The notes under the pieces: generated by a model
The model's database searches: none
What the model was told of the DNA's origin: nothing
Seen by the model: the letters and a program-made list of their open reading frames with translations, nothing else
Shown: positions 55,450 through 64,000 of the stretch, in pieces
How positions within the stretch are numbered: position 1 is the first letter of the stretch
Layout: each line of letters opens with the position of its first letter
Position numbers and translations under genes: made by a program
Assembly: GCA_963736645.1 (NCBI GenBank)
Contig: CAVTPJ010000002.1
Coordinates: 266,779 to 330,778 of the forward strand
DNA: 64,000 bases
Reading direction: 5' to 3'
Source: an uncultured Thermoleophilia bacterium
GTDB taxonomy: Bacteria; Actinomycetota; Thermoleophilia; UBA2241

Positions 55450-56877
55450 TTATCTCCTTGCACTCAGCTCGCCGACCAGCCTGAGGAAGTGTTCGCCCCG
55501 CTGCTCGTAGTCCCTGTACTGGTCCCAGCTCGCGCAGGCGGGGCTGAGCAGGACGACGTCGCCCGGCTCCGCGGCGGCAGCCGCGGTACGCACCGCATGC
55601 TCGAGGTCGCCGCACATCACGTACGGCGTGGGGCGCGACCCGGCCGCGGACGCCCGGGCGGCGAACGCCGCCTCCAGCTGCGGCGCCGTCGCGCCGATGA
55701 GCAGCACCTGCTTGACGCGACCCTCCGTCCCGGCCGCCAGCTGGCCGAACTCGGCGCCCTTGTCGTAGCCGCCGAGGATCAGGTGCACACCGCCCGAGTA
55801 GGCGGTCAGCGCCTTGAGCGTGGCGTCGACGTTGGTCGCCTTGGAGTCGTTCACGTAGCTCACGCCGGCGACGACGCTCCCCACCTGCAGCCGATGCGGC
55901 ACGCCCTCGAACGCGCGCAGCGTGGCGGCGGCCGCCGAGACCGGCGCTCCCGCGGCGCAGGCGGCGGCGGCCGCGGCGAGCGAGTTGAGCACGTTGTGAT
56001 CGCCGCGCAGGGCAAGCTCGTCTCGGCGGCACAGGCGTCTGAGCTCGCCGCGCACGCGCAGCCACAAGACGTCGTCGTCGCCGATGCCGGCGGCCAGCTC
56101 CTCCCCGCCGGGGCCGGCGGTGCGCCCCGGCACGGCGGAGAACCAGCCGCGCCGCGCCCGGCCGGCGAGGCGGCCGGAGGCCAGCTCGTCGAGCACGCCG
56201 TGATCGTCGGCGCACACCAGCGCCACGTCCTCGGGGGTCTGGTTCTCGAAGATCCTCAGCTTGGCGGCGACGTAGTCACGGTAGAGGCCGTGCCTGTCAA
56301 GGTGGTCCTCCGCCAGGTTCAGGAGCACGGCCACGGACGGCCGGAAGCGTTCGATGTGCTCGAGCTGGAAGCTCGAGAGCTCGGCGACGACGACGGCCTC
56401 GGGGTCCACCACACCCGGCATCGCCGCCAGGGCGTGACCGATGTTGCCGCCGACGGCCACGGGGAGACCGGCGTCCCGGTAGATGGCGCCGGTGAGCTCC
56501 GTGGTCGTCGTCTTCCCGTTGGTGCCGGTGATGCCCACGACCGCGTTGCCGAGGAACCGGCAGGCCAGCTCGACCTCGCTCCACAACGGCACGCCGCGGT
56601 GGAGGGCCCGCTGCACGATCGCGCTCTCGTCCGGGACCCCGGGGCTCTTGACGAGGAGGCCCGCGTCGTCCGGTAGTGACGCCGCCGGACCGATGAGGAC
56701 CTCGACGCCGGCGGCGGTGAGCGCGTCCACCGTGTCGTCGTCCGGCGGCGCGCCCTCGTCGAGGGCGACGATCCGCGCCGCCGGCAGCTCACGGCGGGCG
56801 AGCAGCGCCGCCGGCCGGCCGCTGCGGCGCAGGCCGAGCACGGCGAGGCAGCGCACGTCTGTGAGGTCCACGGTCAC
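55450..56877 (-). CDS. murD: UDP-MurNAc-L-Ala-D-glutamate ligase
   Basis: KSPGVP, GTNGKTTT, ELSSFQLE, HRLQ, NDSKATN, LSPACASWDQY. Confidence 0.96.
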   Translation of the reverse strand: MTVDLTDVRCLAVLGLRRSGRPAALLARRELPAARIVALDEGAPPDDDTVDALTAAGVEVLIGPAASLPDDAGLLVKSPGVPDESAIVQRALHRGVPLWSEVELACRFLGNAVVGITGTNGKTTTTELTGAIYRDAGLPVAVGGNIGHALAAMPGVVDPEAVVVAELSSFQLEHIERFRPSVAVLLNLAEDHLDRHGLYRDYVAAKLRIFENQTPEDVALVCADDHGVLDELASGRLAGRARRGWFSAVPGRTAGPGGEELAAGIGDDDVLWLRVRGELRRLCRRDELALRGDHNVLNSLAAAAAACAAGAPVSAAAATLRAFEGVPHRLQVGSVVAGVSYVNDSKATNVDATLKALTAYSGGVHLILGGYDKGAEFGQLAAGTEGRVKQVLLIGATAPQLEAAFAARASAAGSRPTPYVMCGDLEHAVRTAAAAAEPGDVVLLSPACASWDQYRDYEQRGEHFLRLVGELSARR

Positions 56878-56881
56878 TCGA

Positions 56882-57868
56882 TCAGAAGGTCGCGTAGTAG
56901 GCCGCGAACCCGGCGCCGGCGAAGATGGCCGCGACGATCCAGAAGCGCACGATGATCTTGGTCTCCGACCAGGCCTTGAGCTCGAAGTGATGGTGCAGCG
57001 GCGCCATGAGCAACACGCGCCGGTGGAAGAGCTTGAAGGAGATCACCTGCGCCGCCACCGAGGCCGCCTCGAGCACGAACAACCCTCCGATGATGAGCAG
57101 GACCAACTCCGTGCCGGTCATCACCGCCATGCCGGCGATCGCCCCGCCCAGACCCAGGGAGCCGGTGTCGCCCATGAAGACGTCGGCGGGGAACGTGTTG
57201 TACCAGAGGAAGCCCAGCGCCGCGCCGCCCACGCAACCGGAGATCACCATGAGGTCGGTGATGCCGGGGTCGCTCGTGTTGCGGCCGATGATGAAGGCGA
57301 TGCCGGCCATGGCCACGAGCACGATGGCCGAGGCCCCGGCCGCCAGCCCGTCCAGCCCGTCCGTGAGGTTCACCGCGTTGGAGAAGCCGGCGAGCGTGAG
57401 GAAGATGAGCGCATAGAACCCGACGGTGCCGAGCTCGAGCTTGTACGAGGTGAACGGCACGTCGACGGCCGTGGTGATGCCCACGAAGTGCAGCGCGATG
57501 AAGCCGATGAACAGGGCGAGAAGCAGCTGCAGGACGAGCTTGTAGCGCGCGGAGAGGCCGAGCGAGCGCTTGCGCACGATCTTGATCCAGTCGTCGGCGA
57601 AGCCGATGGCGGCGTTGCCGAGCGCGGCGATGAGCACGGTCAGCGACGCGATCGAGAAGCGGCTGAAGACCACGTACGGGACGAGCACCGCGAGCCAGAT
57701 GAGCACGCCGCCCATGGTCGGCGTGCCCTCCTTGGTCTTGTGCCCCTCCGGTCCCTCCTCGCGGATGTTCTGCCCGAACTCGTTGACGCGCAGCCAGCGG
57801 ATGAACGCCGGTCCGATGACCAGGACCAGCACCATGGCCAGCACGCTGGCTCCCATGGCCCTAAGCAC
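56882..57868 (-). CDS. mraY: Phospho-MurNAc-pentapeptide transferase
   Basis: KEGTPTMGG, DDWIK, NAVNLTDGLDGLA, FMGDTGSL, APLHHHFEL. Confidence 0.97.
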   Translation of the reverse strand: MLRAMGASVLAMVLVLVIGPAFIRWLRVNEFGQNIREEGPEGHKTKEGTPTMGGVLIWLAVLVPYVVFSRFSIASLTVLIAALGNAAIGFADDWIKIVRKRSLGLSARYKLVLQLLLALFIGFIALHFVGITTAVDVPFTSYKLELGTVGFYALIFLTLAGFSNAVNLTDGLDGLAAGASAIVLVAMAGIAFIIGRNTSDPGITDLMVISGCVGGAALGFLWYNTFPADVFMGDTGSLGLGGAIAGMAVMTGTELVLLIIGGLFVLEAASVAAQVISFKLFHRRVLLMAPLHHHFELKAWSETKIIVRFWIVAAIFAGAGFAAYYATF

Positions 57869-59228
57869 GGTCGGCGCCCCTCCCTGAGAGCGCTTCGGCG
57901 ACGCGCTCCATACGCATCAGACGAGACGCCTTGACGAGGATGGCGCTGCCGGGCGGGACGACCTCGGGCAACGCGGCGAGGCACTCGTCGACCGTCGCGA
58001 ACCAGCGTTCGCCCGGGGCGCCGGTGAGGTACCCCCGGGCGAGGTCGCCGACGGCCACGAGGCGCACGCCCGCGGCGGCCGCGTGCTCGCCCACGGCGTG
58101 GTGATAGGCGTCCGCGCCCGGGCCGAGCTCGTACATGTCGCCGAGGACCGCGACGGTGAGGCGGCCGTCGGCGATGGACACGAGGTGATCGACGGCGGCC
58201 TTCATGGCGACCGGGTTGGCGTTGTAGGCGTCGTTGAGAAGCAGACCGCCGCCGGCCAGCGTGGAGACGGCGCCGCGCAGGTCGCTGAAGGCGACCTGCG
58301 CGGCGCCGTCCGCGGCCTGGTCGAGCCGGTAGCCGAGCTCGACGAACGCGGCGACGGCGGCCAGCGCGTCGTGCAGATAGTGGCCGCCGGTGAAGCTGAA
58401 GTCCATGCGCGCGCGGTGGCCGAAGGCGTCGAGGAGCACGTGCGTGCTCTCACCGCGCCGCTCCTCGTCGACCAGGTGCACGTCGGCGGTCGGCGTGCCG
58501 AAGGTGACGACCCGACCCCGGTGCCGGTGAAGGTGCCGCTCGAGGAGCGGCTCGTCGACCGGCACCACCGCCGTGCCGCCCATGAGCTCGTCGATGAGCT
58601 CGGCCTTGGCGGCGGCCACATCTTCGACCGTGCCCACGAGCTCCAGGTGCACCGGCGCGATGTTGGTGATGACGCCGACGTCGGGAAGCGCGACGCGAGC
58701 GAGCTCGCGGATCTGCCCGGCGCCGCGCATGGCCATCTCGACGACGACCACCTCGGTACCCGGCTCGATCTCCAGCAGCGTCAGCGGGACGCCGATCTCG
58801 TTGTTCAGATTGGCGTCCGTCGCCACCGTACGCGCCACCGGACGCAGCAGGGCCGCGAGGATGTCCTTGGTGGACGTCTTGCCGGCGCTGCCGGTGATGG
58901 CGACCACCTTGACGCCGGAGCGCCTGCGCACGGCGGTCGCGAGCGCCTGCAGTGCCTGCAGACCGTCGCCGACGACGATGCGCGCCGTCCCCGCCGGCAG
59001 GCCGGCGGCCGTCTCGCCGCGCACCACCAGGGCGGTGGCGCCGGCAGCCAGGGCCGCGGCGGCGTACTCGCCGCCGTCGTACTTCTCTCCCTGCAGGGCG
59101 ACGAACAGATCGCCGGGCCGCGCGCGGCGGCTGTCGGTGCAGACCCGCCGCACCTCGACGTTGGGGTCGTCGGTCTCGAGGCGGCCGCCGCAGGCGGCCG
59201 CGACCTCGGACAGCGTGAGCGGTATCAT
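57861..59228 (-). CDS. murF: UDP-MurNAc-tripeptide-D-Ala-D-Ala ligase
   Basis: TGSAGKTSTK, NNEIGVP, NDAYNANP, LGDMYELG, VKASR. Confidence 0.95.
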   Translation of the reverse strand: MIPLTLSEVAAACGGRLETDDPNVEVRRVCTDSRRARPGDLFVALQGEKYDGGEYAAAALAAGATALVVRGETAAGLPAGTARIVVGDGLQALQALATAVRRRSGVKVVAITGSAGKTSTKDILAALLRPVARTVATDANLNNEIGVPLTLLEIEPGTEVVVVEMAMRGAGQIRELARVALPDVGVITNIAPVHLELVGTVEDVAAAKAELIDELMGGTAVVPVDEPLLERHLHRHRGRVVTFGTPTADVHLVDEERRGESTHVLLDAFGHRARMDFSFTGGHYLHDALAAVAAFVELGYRLDQAADGAAQVAFSDLRGAVSTLAGGGLLLNDAYNANPVAMKAAVDHLVSIADGRLTVAVLGDMYELGPGADAYHHAVGEHAAAAGVRLVAVGDLARGYLTGAPGERWFATVDECLAALPEVVPPGSAILVKASRLMRMERVAEALSGRGADRA

Positions 59229-59232
59229 CGGC

Positions 59233-60735
59233 TCACCAGTCCCCTCGCAGTTGCCCGAGTTCCTCATCGGCCACCGTGCGATCGTCGAAGGGGATGCGCC
59301 GGTCGCCGAAGGTCTGCCCCTGCTCGTGACCCTTGCCGGCGATCACGACGGTGTCGCCGGGCAGGGCCTCGGCGAGCGCGATGCGGATCGCCCGGCGCCG
59401 GTCGGGCTCGACCACGACGGTGCCGGCGCGCTCGTCCGGGACGCCGGCCACGATCTCGTCGATGATGGCCAGCGGCTCCTCGCTGCGAGGATTGTCGGAG
59501 GTGACGACCGAGCGATCGGCGAGCCGAGCGGCGATGGCGCCCATGAGCGGCCGCTTGCCGCGGTCGCGGTCGCCGCCGCAGCCGAAAACGACGAGCACAC
59601 GGCCGTCCGTCACGGCACGCGCGGCCAGCAGAGCGTTCTCGAGCGAGTCCGGCGTGTGCGAGTAGTCGACGACCACGCTGAACGGCTGTCCGGCGCGGAC
59701 GGCCTGGAAGCGCCCGGGGACTCCCTCGGTGACCGAGAGACCGCTCAGGATCGCCCGAGGCTGCAGCGCGAGTGCGAGGCCCGCGGCCGCGGCGGCGAGC
59801 GCGTTCTCGACGTTGAAGCGCGCCGCGAGGCGCAGCGTCACCCGCTCTTCGAGCTCCAGCCGCGGACACACAAGCGTGAACGCCGAGCCGTCGGCGCGCA
59901 GATCGAGGTCGCGGGCGATCACGTCCGCGCCTGCGCCGGGCCCCTCGACGATCGCGCAGGTCCACAGCGCGTCGCCGTAGATGGAACGGCATTCACCGGC
60001 GAGCCGGGCGCCGAACTCGTCGCCGACGTTGATGACGGCGACCGCCTCGCCGTTGCGGCGCTCATCGGGCAGGAAGAGGCGGCGCTTGGCGGCGTAGTAG
60101 TCGTCGAGATCCTTGTGGTAGTCCAGGTGGTCGCGGGTGAGATTGCTGAACACCACGGCGTCGAAGTCGACGCCGGCGGCGCGATCCTGGGCCAAGGCGT
60201 GCGAGCTCACCTCGAACGCGCACGCCTTGTCGCCGGCCGCGACCATCTCGGCGAGCATGCGCTGAAGGTCGAGCGACTCGGCCGTGGTCAGCGCGACCGC
60301 GTGTTCTTCTCCGCCGATGCGGTTCACGACGGTGCCGAGAAGCCCTGAGGGCAGCCCGGCGGCCGCGAAGACGCCGGCAAGGAGGTGCGCGGTCGTGGTC
60401 TTGCCGTTGGTGCCCGTGACTCCGGCGACGCGGAGAGCGAGGGAGGGATGCCCGTACCAGCGAGCCGCCATGAGCGCCATGGCGCGACGCACCGATGGGA
60501 CGATGACCTGTGCGACCGGCTGGCCTGTGTCGCGCTCGCAGACGAGCGCCGCGGCGCCGGCCTCGACCGCCGCGGCGGCGAACGCGTGGCCGTCGTGCGT
60601 GGATCCGGGGACGCAAAAGAAAAGCGTGCCGTCGGCGACGTCACGCGTGTGGTAGGCGAGGCCCCGGATGCCGGTGGCCGGATCGCCGCGGACCGTAGCC
60701 CCCGCGACCCCCTCGAGCAGCTCGCTCAGCTTCAT
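59233..60735 (-). CDS. murE: UDP-MurNAc-dipeptide:diamino-acid ligase
   Basis: GTNGKTT, EVSSHAL, DYSHTPDSL, FGCGGDRD, DNPR (mDAP-type motif), AGKGHE. Confidence 0.96.
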   Translation of the reverse strand: MKLSELLEGVAGATVRGDPATGIRGLAYHTRDVADGTLFFCVPGSTHDGHAFAAAAVEAGAAALVCERDTGQPVAQVIVPSVRRAMALMAARWYGHPSLALRVAGVTGTNGKTTTAHLLAGVFAAAGLPSGLLGTVVNRIGGEEHAVALTTAESLDLQRMLAEMVAAGDKACAFEVSSHALAQDRAAGVDFDAVVFSNLTRDHLDYHKDLDDYYAAKRRLFLPDERRNGEAVAVINVGDEFGARLAGECRSIYGDALWTCAIVEGPGAGADVIARDLDLRADGSAFTLVCPRLELEERVTLRLAARFNVENALAAAAAGLALALQPRAILSGLSVTEGVPGRFQAVRAGQPFSVVVDYSHTPDSLENALLAARAVTDGRVLVVFGCGGDRDRGKRPLMGAIAARLADRSVVTSDNPRSEEPLAIIDEIVAGVPDERAGTVVVEPDRRRAIRIALAEALPGDTVVIAGKGHEQGQTFGDRRIPFDDRTVADEELGQLRGDW

Positions 60736-60836
60736 CGCGGCGGATTCTACCAGACCGACCACCCCCCATCACCCGGCTGCGGTCGAGACGAGGGGCGGGC
60801 GGACCCGCGGGACGGCCGCGCCGCGCACGCCGGCCG

Positions 60837-62570
60837 TCACGGCGCGATCTCCAGGTGCTGGAGGGAGAAGCGCATGATCTTCTTGACCGCCGGCGCGGCG
60901 GCCTGGCCTCCATACATGGCGGTCCCGTCCACCGCCACCAGGATGACCAGACGGGGGTGGTCGGCCGGGACCATGCCGACGAAGGAAGCCACGTAGACAC
61001 CCTTGGCGTACCCGCCGCCACCCGGCAGGGCCATCTCGGCGGTCCCCGTCTTGCCGGCGACATCGTAGCCGGGGATCCGCGCCTCCGTGCCGGTGCCCTT
61101 CGCGACCGCCAGTGTGAGCATCTTGCGGACCTGGCGGGCGACCTTCGCGGGGATCACGCGCTGCTTCTCGACATCGTCGAACACCTCGGCTCCCACCTGC
61201 GCGACCAGCCTGGGCTTGACCTTCCAGCCGTTGTTGGCGACGGTGGAGAAGGCGGCCGCCATCTGGATCGGCGTCACGGCGATGCCCTGCCCCATCGGGA
61301 TGTTGCCGATCGACGATCCCGACCACTCGTCCACCGGGAGGACGATGCCGCCCGATTCGCCCGGGAAGTCGATGCCGGTGGGCCTGCCGAACCCGAAAGC
61401 CTCGACCCACTTGGCGAGGCCCGGCTTGCCCATCAGCATGCCGATCTTGACGGCGCCGACGTTGCTCGACCACTGGAGGATCTCGCGGACCGAGTAGGTC
61501 ACCGTGCCACGCGAGTGCGACTCGTTGATCTCGCGGTCCGCGACCCAGATGCTCGACGGGAGATCGAGCTTGGTGTCCGGCTTGACCAGCCCGTCGGCCA
61601 GCGCGCCGGAGATGGTCACCAGCTTGAAGATGGAGCCGGGCTCGTACACGTCGGTGACGGCGCGGTTCTTCTCGGCGGCGAGGTCGCCCTTGCCGAACCC
61701 GTGGAAGCCCTCACGCGTGACGTTGGCCATCGCCAGGACCTCTCCTGTCCGCGGGTCCATGGCCACGGCGGTGGCGGCCTTGGCTCCGGTGTCGCGCACC
61801 GTCTTCTCGAGCACATCCTCTGCGTAGTACTGGATGTCGCCGTCGAGCGTCAGCCGGACATCGGCGCCCGCGAGCGGCTCTGTGTGCCGCACCGTCTTCA
61901 GGGCGTGGCCGGCCGGGTCGCGGACGATCGTCTCGCTGCCGGCCTTGCCCGAGAGCGCCTCGTCGAAGAGCAGCTCGATGCCGGCGAGCCCCGTGTTCTC
62001 GGTGCCGGCGAACCCCAGGACCTGCGCTGCCGTGCCCTTGAGCGGGTAGGTCCGCTCCTCTTCTTCGTAGCTCCCCACGCCGGGCAGGTCCAGCGCCAGT
62101 GCGGCCTTGGCGAGCTCGGGGTCGGCCTTGCGGGCGACATAGGCGAAGCCGCTCTCCTCGTTCGAGAGGGCTTTCCGAACGGCGCGACGCTCGCGGCGGC
62201 GGTTGATCTGCAGCGCGTCGCAGAGATCCTCTGTCGCCGAGGCGGGATCGGCCAGCAGATACGGCGTCGCGTACACGGTCTGCTGCGGCTTGCCGACGGC
62301 GAGTTCGTCGCCGTCGCGGTCGAGGATCGCGCCGCGCTGCGCCGGCAGGATCACGTCGTCCCGCTGCTGCTGCTGGGCGATCCTCGTGAGGTGCTGGGAG
62401 GAGGAGGCGAGCGCGACGGCCCTGCCGCCCACGAGGACGAGAAAGACGATGAAGACGATGCGAAGGAGTCGGATGCGCCCGTCGACGCCGGCGCCGGCCG
62501 TCCGGCGGCGCCCCAGGATGCCGCCGCGCCGGCCGGCGGGGCGACGACGTCCTGTCGCAGGAGCCGCCAT
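60837..62570 (-). CDS. ftsI: Class B penicillin-binding protein (FtsI)
   Basis: RGAILDRDG, SIFK (SxxK), SSN (SxN), KTG. Confidence 0.92.
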   Translation of the reverse strand: MAAPATGRRRPAGRRGGILGRRRTAGAGVDGRIRLLRIVFIVFLVLVGGRAVALASSSQHLTRIAQQQQRDDVILPAQRGAILDRDGDELAVGKPQQTVYATPYLLADPASATEDLCDALQINRRRERRAVRKALSNEESGFAYVARKADPELAKAALALDLPGVGSYEEEERTYPLKGTAAQVLGFAGTENTGLAGIELLFDEALSGKAGSETIVRDPAGHALKTVRHTEPLAGADVRLTLDGDIQYYAEDVLEKTVRDTGAKAATAVAMDPRTGEVLAMANVTREGFHGFGKGDLAAEKNRAVTDVYEPGSIFKLVTISGALADGLVKPDTKLDLPSSIWVADREINESHSRGTVTYSVREILQWSSNVGAVKIGMLMGKPGLAKWVEAFGFGRPTGIDFPGESGGIVLPVDEWSGSSIGNIPMGQGIAVTPIQMAAAFSTVANNGWKVKPRLVAQVGAEVFDDVEKQRVIPAKVARQVRKMLTLAVAKGTGTEARIPGYDVAGKTGTAEMALPGGGGYAKGVYVASFVGMVPADHPRLVILVAVDGTAMYGGQAAAPAVKKIMRFSLQHLEIAP

Positions 62571-62989
62571 CAGCGGCTCGCCGCGACCTCGACGACCGTG
62601 GTGCCGCGCAGGAGCGGTCTGGGGTACAGCACGTGCGTCGCCTCGACCAGCCCCAGCTCCGACTCGGCGATGTGGCGGATCCGCACGGTGGAGGCCAGCT
62701 GGGCGACTTCTTCCCGGCGCTTGTCGTTGAGGGCCGTGACGCGGCGCGCCTCGTGGACCACGGCGTCCGTCTGCAGGCTCTTCTGGACGACGGCGAAGCT
62801 CAGGGCGACCCGCCCGACGGCGAGCACGGTGAAGCACGCGACGAAGATGACGAACGCGCGCGTGAGGCGCGAGCGCTGCGCCGCGCGCCTCCGCGTCCGG
62901 GGCGCGCGGTACGCGTACGCGGGCGCGGCCGGGGCCGCCTCGTCGTCGTACCTCGGGGCGGGAGCGCGGCGGGCCTGCTGAGCGGCCAT
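62570..62989 (-). CDS. ftsL: FtsL-like division protein
   Basis: One TM segment then coiled coil ending RIRHIAESELGL; between rsmH and ftsI, with ATGA overlap to ftsI. Confidence 0.75.
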   Translation of the reverse strand: MAAQQARRAPAPRYDDEAAPAAPAYAYRAPRTRRRAAQRSRLTRAFVIFVACFTVLAVGRVALSFAVVQKSLQTDAVVHEARRVTALNDKRREEVAQLASTVRIRHIAESELGLVEATHVLYPRPLLRGTTVVEVAASR

Positions 62990-62997
62990 GGCCACGC

Positions 62998-63930
62998 TCA
63001 GCTCTCCAGTCTCAGGGCGACGCGGAGCTTGGCGGACTTGCTGCGAGGGTTGGCCTCCACCTCCGCCGCTCGCGGCGTGATGGGCCGGCGGGTGAGGAGG
63101 CGGAGCGTCGGCTCGTGACCGCAGACGCACTGCGGCAGGCCGGGCGGGCAGATGCATCCTGCGGCGTGGCCCTTGAAGAAGTCCTTGACCATGCGATCCT
63201 CGAGCGAGTGGAAGCTCATCGCCGCGAGCCGGCCGCCCGGGCGGAGCACCCGATAGGCCTCATCCAGGCCGCGGGCCAGCGAACCGAGCTCGTCGTTGAC
63301 GACGATGCGCAGGGCCTGGAAGACCCGGCGCGCCGGGTTGCCGGCGGCGAATCGGGCCGGCGTCGGGATGGTGCGCTTGACGATCTCGACGAGTTCGCTG
63401 GTACTGGTGAGCGGCGCCGTCTTGCGCGCCTGGGCGACGCCGCGGGCGATGTTGCGCGCGTACCTCTCCTCGCCGTAGCGGCGGAAGATGCTCGTGAGCT
63501 CGGCCTCAGGGAGGGTGTTCACCAGATCCGCGGCCGTGACCTCGAGCTCCGGGTCCATGCGCATATCGAGCGGCGCGTCGTAGGCGTAGCTGAACCCGCG
63601 TTCGCGGCGGTCGAGCTGCATCGACGAGACGCCGAGGTCCATGTAGACGATGTCGACGGAGGCGGTCTCGTGCTCGGCGAGCACCTCGGCGAAGTTGCCG
63701 TGGAACAGCTCGCATTCGCAGGGCGCCTCCCGGGCGACGTCGCGGAAGTACTCGGCGACGCTCGGGTCGCGATCGACGGCGATCAGCCGGCCGCGAGCTC
63801 CGAGCGCGGCGGCAACGGCCTCGGCGTGGCCGCCGGCGCCGAAGGTGCAGTCGATGGCCGTCTCTCCCTTGGCGGGCCGCAGCAGCTCCAGCAGCTCGTC
63901 GAGAAGGACCGGGGTGTGGGCGAGGGCCAT
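62998..63930 (-). CDS. rsmH: 16S rRNA m4C1402 methyltransferase RsmH/MraW
   Basis: HTPVLL, DCTFGAGGH, DLGVSSMQLD, PLDMRMD, SFHSLEDR, NPRSKSAKLR. Confidence 0.97.
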   Translation of the reverse strand: MALAHTPVLLDELLELLRPAKGETAIDCTFGAGGHAEAVAAALGARGRLIAVDRDPSVAEYFRDVAREAPCECELFHGNFAEVLAEHETASVDIVYMDLGVSSMQLDRRERGFSYAYDAPLDMRMDPELEVTAADLVNTLPEAELTSIFRRYGEERYARNIARGVAQARKTAPLTSTSELVEIVKRTIPTPARFAAGNPARRVFQALRIVVNDELGSLARGLDEAYRVLRPGGRLAAMSFHSLEDRMVKDFFKGHAAGCICPPGLPQCVCGHEPTLRLLTRRPITPRAAEVEANPRSKSAKLRVALRLES

Positions 63931-63937
63931 CTCGTAC

Positions 63938-64000
63938 TCACGGAGTTGCATGCTCGTCTGCGGTAGCATCGGCCTCCTCCTCAAGGTGGGCCAAGTAGTC
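63938..64000 (-). CDS. mraZ: Probable 3' end of mraZ (partial)
   Basis: Open frame DYLAHLEEEADATADEHATP* ending 7 nt before the rsmH ATG; canonical position; acidic tail. Confidence 0.5.
   Translation of the reverse strand, partial: DYLAHLEEEADATADEHATP

Noticed and set aside
63931-63984. Longer rsmH start at ATG 63969 with a GAGGAGG RBS
   Set aside because: The purine run is explained by Glu codons of the upstream (mraZ-like) frame ending at 63938.
1-64000. Many long overlapping ORFs in the track (e.g. 5899..8931, 18303..20990, 53941..56676)
   Set aside because: Antisense or shifted-frame shadows of recognised genes, expected in high-GC DNA; Arg/Ala/Pro-rich with no motifs.
1-64000. CRISPR array, rRNA, selenocysteine recoding
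   Set aside because: No regularly spaced repeats, no rRNA-like sequence, and no in-frame TGA within the redox genes.

Overview
This window comes from a GC-rich bacterium, probably a deep-branching actinobacterium (inferred from gene style and a dcw cluster lacking ftsA). The left part (1-24.7 kb) is housekeeping: lepA, murJ, a GH3 glycosidase, rpsT, holA, an ABC pair, comEC/comEA, leuS, tRNA-Ala(GGC), two STAS proteins, secDF and ftsZ-ftsQ-murC-murG. The right part (54-64 kb) is the rest of the dcw cluster (mraZ-rsmH-ftsL-ftsI-murE-murF-mraY-murD-ftsW). A ~29.3-kb island bounded by an exact 16-bp direct repeat (GCAATGTGACTCCTTC, 24746-24761 and 54029-54044) sits exactly at the ftsW-murG junction. 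The repeat carries the murG RBS and TTG start, so murG stays intact while the FtsW tail is replaced. I found no integrase, only a decayed HNH fragment. The island encodes a ureide/hydantoin catabolic system: allantoin racemase, allantoinase, ureidoglycine aminohydrolase, two non-canonical carbamoyltransferases, carbamate kinase, a PucR regulator, an Opp-type importer with an embedded atypical deaminase, a second cyclic amidohydrolase, an FAD amine oxidoreductase with EtfAB, a divergent KARI, an AOR with its Fe-S partner, an altered RpoD-like sigma factor and a frameshifted transketolase. A duplicated promoter/operator module precedes the carbamate kinase and the knotted carbamoyltransferase operons. 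Gene calls rest on recognised motifs only; all substrate assignments are hypotheses.
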